A DNA stretch of 64,000 bases from a virus. The stretch spans positions 32,001-96,000 of the IMG/VR virus record IMGVR_UViG_3300037963_003719; one strand, written 5' to 3'. The notes under the pieces were generated by a model. It was given only the letters and a program-made list of their open reading frames with translations. It was not told the origin of the DNA and did not search any database. Shown one piece after another: positions 1-11,300 of the stretch (positions are counted from its first letter, which is position 1; each line of letters begins with the position of its first letter). A program made the translations under genes and the position numbers.

Positions 1-1
1 A

Positions 2-1546
2 ATCACTACCCAAGAACTTGAAGTTACACCTGGTACTGCTCTCCTTAATGAAGTTTCTGTTTCTGGAAATACTATTTCTAGAAGCACTCCAGGTAACTTA
101 GTTGTAAACTCTGGTGTAAATGGATTTGTAGAATTCGGTGGAACTGATGCTATAGTTCTACCTAGAGGAACTACAGCACAAAGACCTTCAAACCAAGCGG
201 GTGCTATTAGATTTAATAGTGAAGAAGGTATTTTTGAAGGTAATAATGGTGGATCTTTCGTATCTCTTGGTGGAGTAAGAGACGTTGACTTAGATACTTT
301 TATTAGACCAGAAACTGCTCCTGGTGAAGATGAAGATGTTCTAGAGTTCTTTGCTGCGGGAGTTACCGTCCAGAAGATGGGCGAAACTTTCCTTGAGACA
401 AATAATGTCACTCAACATAGAATTACTGATCTAAAGGGTGTAAATCTTTGGGTTGAGGGACTTGTTGTTACTTCACCTACAGATCCTGTTGGATTCGATT
501 CATCTACAGCAATTGTTGATCTAGATGACACCATCAATTTCCCATCACATAGTTTTGTGAATGGTGAAGAGGTTACTTATGCTAATGGTGGTAATACAGA
601 TCTTTCTAATTTAGTAGACGGTACTAGTTACTATGTTTACATTGTAGATGCCGATAACATTAAGTTATCATCATCTATTCCTAATCTTAACGCAGGTGTA
701 TACATTGATTTAACTGCTAGTGCAGCAAGTGAACTTCATACATTAACTAGGGTTGCTCCATTAGATGTTCTTTACTATTATGGTGATAATGTATACTCTG
801 TAACTGGAAGTGGTACATTTGATGCTGATGCTCTAAATTTCCCAACTCATACTACAGGTGTTGATACTAATGGTACTGCAACATTAACATGGGTAAGAGA
901 CGTTTTTGGAGATATCACTGTTAGTGGTAAAATCTATAGTTTTACTGTAGAAGAATTTAAAATTAATGGTTCTTTATCAGTAACTGCAGATAATACTACT
1001 GCTCGAATTGTTGCAGTTAATACTAACTTAGACACTCAGTTTAGATTATCTGGGGTTGATGAAACCTTTATTAGAAATGATAATACAGGTAAATTCCAAG
1101 TAAATACATCCTTCGGTTCTCAATCAGAAACTTTTGTAAATGTTTTTGAATATGATCTGAAGAAATTTACTCTTGCAGATACTAGAATTAATTCTAATGA
1201 AGGAACCATTGATACCTCAGTTGGTAATTCATTAAATCTTATTCTTATGGAGTATGATGCAATTAATTCTGCATTCCCTGCTAAATCAGGAAAAGTAATG
1301 TTTGAAATTTATGATAATGCAACAACTCCAAGACGCCAGTATTCTGAGGTCTCTTACTTATTACGTTCTGACGGAAGCGACGTTTTCTACACTGAAAGTA
1401 ATAAGATATATACTGATGACCTCCTTGTTGATGTTTCTGTTGATGTTGATGCAAGTAATAACGTAGTTGCTAATATTGTAGATGTTACTGGGTCATCTAC
1501 AGTAGTTTACAATGTCAAAGTAGTTTCTCAGTCCATTTTAACTTAA
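2..1546 (+). CDS. Virion structural/tail-fibre-like protein, 5'-truncated by the window edge
   Basis: Frame is open from nt 2 into ORF 377..1546. It carries the cyanophage fibre motif LPRGTTAQRP..GAIRFN..FEG..SLGGVRDVDLDT and a HSFVNGEEVTY..LVDGTSYYVYIVDADNIKL beta module. Confidence 0.75.
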   Translation: MTTQELEVTPGTALLNEVSVSGNTISRSTPGNLVVNSGVNGFVEFGGTDAIVLPRGTTAQRPSNQAGAIRFNSEEGIFEGNNGGSFVSLGGVRDVDLDTFIRPETAPGEDEDVLEFFAAGVTVQKMGETFLETNNVTQHRITDLKGVNLWVEGLVVTSPTDPVGFDSSTAIVDLDDTINFPSHSFVNGEEVTYANGGNTDLSNLVDGTSYYVYIVDADNIKLSSSIPNLNAGVYIDLTASAASELHTLTRVAPLDVLYYYGDNVYSVTGSGTFDADALNFPTHTTGVDTNGTATLTWVRDVFGDITVSGKIYSFTVEEFKINGSLSVTADNTTARIVAVNTNLDTQFRLSGVDETFIRNDNTGKFQVNTSFGSQSETFVNVFEYDLKKFTLADTRINSNEGTIDTSVGNSLNLILMEYDAINSAFPAKSGKVMFEIYDNATTPRRQYSEVSYLLRSDGSDVFYTESNKIYTDDLLVDVSVDVDASNNVVANIVDVTGSSTVVYNVKVVSQSILT

Positions 1547-1550
1547 TCAC

Positions 1551-2336
1551 ATGGCAAAAGTTCTAAAATCACTCCAATCTGAGGGTGGATTTTCTATTGC
1601 AGAATCTACTATTATTGACCCTCAGAGAAACATTATTGACGTTCATACCGTCAAAGTTTTAAACAATTCTAACGACAAAACTTTTAAAAAAGAATTTATC
1701 TCTCATTCTACATTAACAGATTCAAACCCATCTGTTGTTTTAGACCCAGGTCATGCAGTAGAACCAGATAGAATTGTTTTTATGACTGGATTTTTGTTAG
1801 GAACCTGGGAAGGATTTCCTATTACAGATTTCACTGTCAATGCAAACTCTACTAATGTAGTTTGTTCTCTAACAAATCATGGACTTACTACTGGAGATAG
1901 TATTGATATTGAATTTAACAATGCTGCTTACAGTGCATTTAATTTAGCATATACAGTAACCGTAGTAGACGAAGATAATTTTACAATTACCACTGCATCT
2001 CCGTTAGATCCAAATAATCCAATTCTTAATGAATTTTTTGAAATCACAACCTTAAATACTAATGCTATTGGTAATTGGGAGTATGCTGTAAAAATTGAGA
2101 GTGCAGTTTTAAGTGATGCTACTACAACTTTAAGTACAGCAGCACATGCAGTTACAGTTGTGAAAGATAATGTCCCACCTGGACAAACTTGGACAATTTC
2201 TCCAACTGTTAATAATGTTACCAATGAATTGAGTTTTCTTTCTGCGGTTTCAACCAATGGTACTTTGCAAAAAAGAGGTAGTGGTATCAGGTGGTGTGCA
2301 AAGGTAGAGATCGTATATTCTGAAAGAAGTTATTAA
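1551..2336 (+). CDS. Virion structural protein (baseplate/fibre-associated)
   Basis: 261-aa beta-rich ORF inside the structural operon; NHGLTTGD..YTVTVVDEDNFTI module shared with neighbouring genes. Confidence 0.6.
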   Translation: MAKVLKSLQSEGGFSIAESTIIDPQRNIIDVHTVKVLNNSNDKTFKKEFISHSTLTDSNPSVVLDPGHAVEPDRIVFMTGFLLGTWEGFPITDFTVNANSTNVVCSLTNHGLTTGDSIDIEFNNAAYSAFNLAYTVTVVDEDNFTITTASPLDPNNPILNEFFEITTLNTNAIGNWEYAVKIESAVLSDATTTLSTAAHAVTVVKDNVPPGQTWTISPTVNNVTNELSFLSAVSTNGTLQKRGSGIRWCAKVEIVYSERSY

Positions 2337-2379
2337 ATAAAAAAGATAAATAAACTTATAAAGGGAACTGCAAAAGCAA

Positions 2380-5300
2380 ATGGCTTTAGAATTTAATGCT
2401 GATAAACAAATTATCAAATCTGACCAATTACAGATTAATAATGATACCAGTGTAAGGTTTGATATTGGCGGCGCTGCAAACAAAAAGACAGCGATATTCG
2501 GCACGTTATCTGCTGATATTGAAAAACTAGTTCGCGTTGGTATTAATACTAAAGAACCTCAATTTGAACTTGATGTTAATGGTCAGATTAGAACGACCAC
2601 TTCTATCATTTCAGATACGGCACGTATCAATAACTTGGATATTGATACTATTGTCAACCCATCATTAAAACTTAAAGCTCCTATCTTAGAAACATTCACC
2701 GATCCAGATACTGGTGAAGTTCTTTTCCCTCGTTCAGCATCTCCCGCATTTGATGACGATAGCAATAAAATTGCTACAACAAATTTTGTATATAATATTG
2801 CAACTAACGACCTTGGTGGTCGTATTTACGTTTCTAAGCAGATTGGTAATGACTCGTTTGATGGTAGATCTGCAACCAAACCTGTTAGTACCATTAAGAG
2901 AGCGACCCAGTTAGCAGCTCTAACTAATGATAAAGAAACTCTAATCGTTGCAGGTGGAGATTATTTAGAAGATAACCCAATTTCTCTGCCTGATCAATGT
3001 TCTGTTGTTGGTGATAACATTCGTCTGTGTATTATCAGACCCCAGAATCCTGGGAAACATATGTTCAAGGCGTCTAACGAGAACTATGTTACTGGTATTA
3101 CTTTCCGTGATAATCTAAATGTTGAGGGTAATCCTGCGTTTACTTGGGGTTATGCTTACGTTTTTGATGATAAGCAAAGATTCTACTATCCTAAAACACT
3201 TGGTGGTCAATTTGGAAGAGATTTTGAGTTAGGACATAAAATTGCTGCTCCAGAAGAGTGGAAACTTTTCTTTGACGCTAATAATGGTAACCTTGAATTA
3301 GTAGTTGGATTAACAGTAACCAATGCTACTACTTTAGGTACAGGTGTAATTACAGATGTAGTATTTAATGATAATACAGATCAAGCTGGTTATGTAATCA
3401 TTAATGAAATTACTGGTGATATCAATTCTGTTGGCGCAATCTATAATTATACAGTAAACTCAATCACTTACAATCTTAACGTAACTAGTGCTGAGCAGTT
3501 AACACCAGATGCCCAAGTTGTTAAGCATGTAACCACTCATACCACATTTGGTCTTAAGTCGGTTCAACATGACCCAATTAATTATCCTGATGGATTGATT
3601 TTTGAAGTTGTTGATCCATTCTATCATGATTATGAAGTTGGTCAATATGTAAATATTTCAAACTTACCAAGCACTGGAACATTTGGAGATCTCAATCGTT
3701 ATAATGGAAGGCAATATGTTTCCCATAGAATTGAAACCAATGACGGTTTTAGTAAAAAGTTTGTAGTATACAAAGATACTCCTACAGATCTTGCTGGTTT
3801 AGGTGCAGTTAACGGACAATATAGTGTAACTGCCTTCGGTGCAACTGTAGTTTCTGATGATCACTATGTAGTATTCTCTCTTGATAACTCTCCTAAGAAA
3901 TTTGATGAATCTAACAAGAGTCCTAACAGATATCTTGATGCTGTTGATCTGATTGGTAGAAACAAAACTCCTATTACCGAAGAAGCATTTAGAAGGGTAA
4001 AGGAAGAATATCCTACTCTCGTAATACCTGATGAAGCTCAGTGTAAAACTGACATGGGTCACATTGTTGATGCAATCAACTATGACCTTACTTGGGGTGG
4101 TAATGCTGCAACTAAAGAGGCAGCAGATTACTACTATGATGCTGGTGCATTAACCCACGTTCAAAATCAACTTAAGGAAACATCATACGCATTTGCAGAA
4201 GCAAGAGACCTGTCAATCCAGGCAATGCGTAATCAGTTGAACACTGTAAGCACAAGTTCAACTGCTTCAATTCAAAGACCAACTGGTTATACTGGTCAAT
4301 ATAGATCTGTTATTTGGGATAACGAAAAGTTTGTTGCTGTAGGTGATGGTGGTGCAATCCATACCTCTACAGATGGAGTTCTCTGGACAGCACAAACCAC
4401 TGGTACAACAGAAGATCTTAATGATATTAGATGGAATAAGTGGGCAGTTGGTGAAAGAGGTGTCCCAGAATATGTTGTTGTTGGTGACAATGGAACAATT
4501 CTTTGGTCAAGTAATGCAGAAACTTGGTATAGTGTAACCTCTGGAACTACGAATAACTTAGAGGCAATTGCATATAATGGAGAAAGATATGTTGCTGTTG
4601 GTTCATTAGGAACTGCTGTATTTTCAAATAATGTTAAAACATGGAGTACAGGAACTACAGGAACATTCACTCTCCTTCATGATCTAATTTACAATGATGA
4701 TTGCGACAAGTTTGTTGCTGTTGGTGGTGGTGGAGTAATTATTGTCTCTTCTGATGGTAATACTTGGACCGAACAAGAAAGTGGTACAAGTAGAGAACTT
4801 ACTGCCATTTCTTGGTCAGAAGGTAGAATGGTTGTTACTGGTGCAGATGCCACTGTCATTATTAGTGACGATGATGGATTGACTTGGGAAACTAATCTTA
4901 TTAATAACAATAGTCCTGACAACCCACAAAGTAATAAAGATGCAGATGCTGCTGATCTAATTCTTGCTAACCAAGCAATTATTGCTGAGATCGCAGTTAA
5001 TAAAATGCTTGATAATAATGCTGGATATTCTATCCCTACAGGTAATCAAGCATGTAAGGATGATATCATGGCATTTATTGGTGCTATGGCAATCAACCTT
5101 GAGTTTGGTAATAACGATGAAGTATACGATGCTGCCAATCTTTATGTAACAGGTTCTCATGTACAAGGTGAAGAGGATGAATCTGTAGAAGCATTTAACT
5201 ATGCTAGAGATCTCTGCATCAGTGCAATGAGAAATGAGGCATTCTCTGCTGGTGACTTAACTTTTGCCTCAGGTCTTACTCAATACATTGATAACACAGT

Positions 5301-8300
5301 AACTACTGATACTAGTACTCCTCTCTGTGCAACTCAAGCATCAGCGATTACAACCTTCTTTGGTATCCTAACCACTGCAATCGGCGCTACAGGCGCTCCT
5401 GGGTCCCTCTCAGGGGTAACTAGAACCCCAGCTGCAGACGAAGGATTTACTGGTAAGGCAAACAGATATTGGGATGCATCAGACCTTATCCTTGAGAATA
5501 AGAAACTGATTGCTGCACAAGCAGTTTATCAGTACACTGATGCAAATTCATTTACAGTTCCAACAGGTAACCAGAACTGTGTAGACGATGTTGTAGATAT
5601 TCTTGAAGCAATTGCACATGACTTACGTCATGGTGGTAACGCTAAAACTTATGACGCTGCTGATTATTATACTGGAACATCTCATGTAGATGGTGAAGAA
5701 GCAGAAACTGTTGCAATCATCAATATTGCAAGAGATTTAGCAATTACTGCAATGCGTAATACTTCAATTACGCTTTCATATCTTACTGATAGTGCTTACA
5801 TTGCAGGATTAGAAGATCAATTTAAACTTAACATTGTACAATTTACTAAGGCAGATATCACCATTGATGGTGCATCTACTGCTAGATGTGCAAACGTAGC
5901 GTCTGCAATTACAACTCTGACATCTATCGTCACTGTAGCAGTAACGAATGACAACTTAAACCATGCTACAAAGACAGTTCCAACTGGCACACTTACCACT
6001 AATGACCACCTTGGAGTATTCCATGATGGTAATAAGTTCTGGACAATTTCTGAAGTAGGTTCTACATCTTACGTTCATAGTTCTACTGACAGAGGAAGAA
6101 CTTGGAAGGAAGAGTATACTGCTAACGCTGTTCCAGGATTGAGAACACTTGGATTTAGTTATGATATTATTGTTGGACTTGGTGCAAATGGAAGAGACGT
6201 TGTATTCGATGGTACTGCAAGTGAAATTGATTCATCAATTAGTAATAGTACTCCTGTATTCCAGGACAATACAATTTCCAATACGTATGATTCCAACAGA
6301 TCGTTTGCTTGTGATAATGTAGCATCATCTATCTTTACCCTTTGGAATATTGTCATTGATAGAATCAATGGACGTACAGTTCCTGATACTGAATTTGCAA
6401 CTTCTGTCTTTAATGATAGTAATAATAGATTCTTTAATGTAGGTCATTCATTTGACGATCTACCTATTATTGAAGTTTCTCCATATATCTTTAATGCTTC
6501 TGTAATTTCATTCTTAGGTGGTAATGGTTGTGAGATTGATGGTGCTAAAGTTGCAACTCCAAACGTTAAGAGACCTGGACTACCTCCACAAGGTAAGTCG
6601 ATGGTTGCTGCAGCATTCACGATTATCTCATTTGGTGGTACAGGATATAACGTATTTAATGATGGTTATACTCAGTTGGTTTCTGTCTTCTGTATCTTTA
6701 CACAAGATGGTGCCTTAGTTGAAAGTGGTGGATATGCGTCTCTGACTAACTCTGCATCTAACTTTGGTACGTTTGCACTTAGATCATCTGGTGTTAGAGA
6801 TGAAGCATATACTTTCCATAAAGGTATTGTCGATAACATTACATTTAATGATGTTGGTGTTCCAGTCATCAAAGTTACTGGATTGGGTGAAGCACCACTT
6901 GAGCACTTTATTATTGAACCTACTGGATTTGAACTTGCACCACAACCTGGACAAAATCCAAAATATTTCATTGAAGAAACTGAATCTGCAACTCCAACTG
7001 CACCAATTACAGCAGAGGTAAGAGCAAATAAAACTATGAGTGTCAGAGGTAACTTTAACCGTTACACTGATGCTGCAGATCAACTTGAAAGAAATGCTCG
7101 TTATATTGCAGAAGAAGCATACTTCAGTGCAATTGCAGTTTCATCAAATTCATTTGATCAAAATAGAAACAAGTGTATCCGTGATACAGAAGAGATTATT
7201 AAAGCATGGGCAAAAGACATTAGGTTTGATGCAAATGATGCGACATGGGATGCTGCAAAACTTTATACGAATGGAACTTCAATCCAACACGTTGCTGGAT
7301 ATGAAGCAGCAACTAAAGAAGTTATTGATTATGCAACTAATCTTGCTAAAAAAGCAATCAATAACTTACTGCAGATTAAAGGATCTACAGCACAAACTTC
7401 AGATTATTATGTTGCACAATGGACTGATGAAATCCCATATGTAGACAACACCATTACTCATGATCTTTCATCTGCTGGTGGACTTTACATAAGTGCTGAC
7501 TGTACAAATGTACAGAATGCAATTCAAACACTTAGTGATCTGTTTGATGAGATTATTGATAATCCTACTGTTAATGATCCATTACCTTCAACTGCAACTA
7601 GAACTGATGGATTCTTTACAATTAATGAATTCAATAAAGATAAACTTCAAGATCACCCAATTGATTTTGTTAGACCTTCTATCTGTAACTCTTCTTCTCA
7701 TACGTGGGAATTCTCTGGTTCAGGTAATGACTACAATGCTCTGCCACAAAATGGTGGTACAAGAGGATCTTCCGAAACTGGAGATTTTGAACAGGTATCT
7801 CAATTAAATGGTCGTGTTTACGCATCAGGTACTGATGAACTTGGCGACTTCAAGATTGGTTACTTTGCTAATGTTGAGAACAGAACTGGTAACATTACCT
7901 TTGGTGGTACTGTTGAAATTTCTGAAGTTAGTTTCCTGAAAATTTCTGGTGCTGATACTACAATTGAAGGATTTGGAACTGAAGTTAACCTGAACGCTAT
8001 CGAACTTGGTGGTGTTGCTCCTGGTCCTTCAGACAGTATTCTGCCAACACAAAGAGCAGTTTATCAGTATATCAATAACCAGTTAGGTATTTACATTGGT
8101 CGTACTTATTCAACTACACCAACACCAAGTGCTCTGGTTCAATTAGACAACTCTGGTCGTATTAACATCGATCAACTTCCTGCACTGAGACCATTTAACA
8201 TCTTCACTGTTGTTGATGAACCAGCACGTCTTGCTTTTGAGGGACCACTTGCAGGTGACATCGTTATTCAAACAGCAACTGCTACCTTTAACTTTACTTC

Positions 8301-11300
8301 TGCAGACATTGATACTGCTACAGATGAGTTTACAATTACAGGTCATGGTTTAAATACTTCTGACGCTGTTACTTATAATGAAGGATCAGGTGTTGTAACT
8401 GCACCATCTCCTCTTGTAGATGGAACAACGTATTATGCAATTGTTGTTGATGCTGATACAATTAAGTTAGCAAATTCAATTACTGATGCATCAACTAACT
8501 CGCCAATTAATATCACAAATGCTGGTAGTGGTAATCATATCTTTGAAACTCAAGGAACGCCAATCTCCTTCATTCTGAATAATGACCTTGAAAGTCAAAT
8601 CTTAGAATTTGTACCAGACGCTCTTCATTCATTCAGTAATGGTGACATTACTCTTGCATCACCAGGTGGTGGTCAAGGTCAAGTAACTAATTTCTTAGAA
8701 GGTACAGTCAAGCAAGTAATTGTTAACTCTGGTGGTTCTGGTTACGCAAATGGAGACACTGTTACATTCACAGCTCCTACTGGAGGAAATGCTGCAGTAG
8801 GTACATTGGTTGTAAATGGTGGTACAGTTACTGCTGTAAACCTTTCTTCAGGTGGTGATAATTATTTTACCGCACCTTCTACTGCTGGTGGAACTATTAG
8901 TATTACTAGCTCTGGTGGTAATGGTGCTACTCTTACAACGATCATTAGATCTAGATTGAGCATTAACATTATCAATAGTATCAAAACAACTACTTCCGAT
9001 ACTGTTGATGACACTGCAACACCAACTCCAAACACGATTACATTAGCAAACGTAGTTAATACTTCTGGTTTTAGTGCTGATAACTGGATTCAGTTAACGT
9101 CATCTACTATTGATGCATCATTCATTACCTCTGGTATTATTAATCCAACTCGTCTTGCTGCTGTTACTGCACAGAATCCTGCAAGTTCACTGACATATCT
9201 TAGAGGTGACTCGCTGTTTGCTCCAGCAGTTGCATCACTTAAGATTGGTGATGAATCTCCTGTTGTTCTTGGTTCTAATAATAGTACTAGTACTTACATT
9301 TCTTCACTAGAAATGGAAGATGCTGGTGTAGGATATACCACTGGAACATATACTGACACAAATCTTCTTGGTGGTAACGGTCAAAACTTAAAAGGAACAC
9401 TTAAGATTTCTAACGGTGTTGTTAGATCCTTAACTATTACTAATGGTGGTACAGGTTATACTGAAGAACCAAAAGTAACATTTAAAGATTTCTTTACAGA
9501 TCCTCAAAATCCAACAATTATTACTGGTATTAATGCAAGAGCACATATCAGTGGTGGTCAAGTTGTTAAAATTACTTTACTTGATGGTGGTAGTGGATTA
9601 GGCACTAATGTACCTACAGTTGAGATTACTGGAGGTAACGGTGTAGATGCTGCAGCAACTGCAGTTGTTGCAGATGGTGCGATTCAATACATTCAAATTA
9701 CTGATGGTGGTGTTAATTACACACCTACTGTTGGAAATACTTTCTTCCAGATCAGTCCAAATCCACCAATTATTGGTATATCACCTACTAATGCTGCAAC
9801 TATTGAGGCATATTTTGCAACAGTACCAAAACTCTTCAATGATATTACGATTGATATTAATAGAGTAAATGGTAATACACCAAACGCTAATAGTTATAGT
9901 ACAATTGGTGTTGCTAAATTTAGAAAATCAGATACTGGTTCTGGTGTAAGAACTGGACAATTTATCATTGGTGCTGATGGTGCTATTGATATTGATCAAG
10001 GTCAGGGTTCTGGTTTTGATGCTGACCTTCTTGACAACCAGGATTCTAACTTCTACGTAGAATGTGATAACTTTGTACCAGGTAGTTCTCCTACACCAGG
10101 TCTGCCTTCAAATTGTCTGATTGGTACTTATGGTATCGACATTGATGGTACATCTAACTTCGCTGAAGTTGCTACTGCAAAAGATGCTAGAACATCTACT
10201 TTCCAACCAAGTAACTTTATTGCAGGTGGACATTTACAGTGGAAGAATAATGCAAGCAATCCAGGTTATGCAAACACTTGGGAATATCTGCAAGATGGTG
10301 GACAATACCATAGTGTTCTAACTTACAGAAGAGGTGGTACTGGAAGCACTTTTGCTGAAGGTGCAACTACTCAACTTGGTTTTACTGATAATAATAATCT
10401 ATTCATTAGAAACAGTGGTGCAAACCAAGTAAACTCTCTTACAATTACTACAGGTGGTTCTGGTTATGTTGATGGAGTTTACAACAATGTACCTCTCGGT
10501 GGTGGTGATGGATTTGGATTAAAAGCAAATCTTACTGTTGTAAATGGATCTTTCACCTCAGTAGAACTTACAGATAAAGGTTTTGGTTATAATTCAGATG
10601 GTAGTGCAGGTTCAACTTTCAATGTTATCCTCCCATTCTCATTCTTCGGAACACAGAATACCAGACAGATTACAACTCCTGCTGTAATTACTGCAACTCT
10701 TCCAATATTCCAAAATAATGCTGGTCAAGATATTTGGTCTTCATGGCAAAAGATTTGGCATAGTGGAAATGATGGAAAAAATTCAGGTCTAGATGCAGAT
10801 CTGATGAATGGTAATAATCTTCGTTGGATGCAGAAAGCACTTAATCTTTCTGAATCTGAGCAATTGATGAATAGTAAAATGCCACGTCAAATGGCAGACC
10901 ATTCATTCAATGAGGAGATCAGAATTACTGCACCAGATCCTCAATATCTGATTAACGCTGGTGATGTATTTGACATCTATATTGAAGGTTATAACTTAAC
11001 TCAAGAACAAATTGAATCCCTTGATACTCAAACTATTGGTGCTCTTGGTGTTGGTACTCAGTTAAACCTGTATACTGCTAATGATATTTCCGAGGGTACT
11101 GCAACCTTAATCAATAGAAAGATCAATCTTGATCCATCTAATAGAGAAACAGGTTTACAGTATGTTGAGCAGAACTATGAGTGGACTGCAAATGCAACAT
11201 TCCAAAAGAATGATCGTATTGTATACGGTCACAATGTTTATATTGTTAGCAATCCTTCAAGTGGTGGATATACTACTGGTACAGTTCCTCCAGTTCATGG

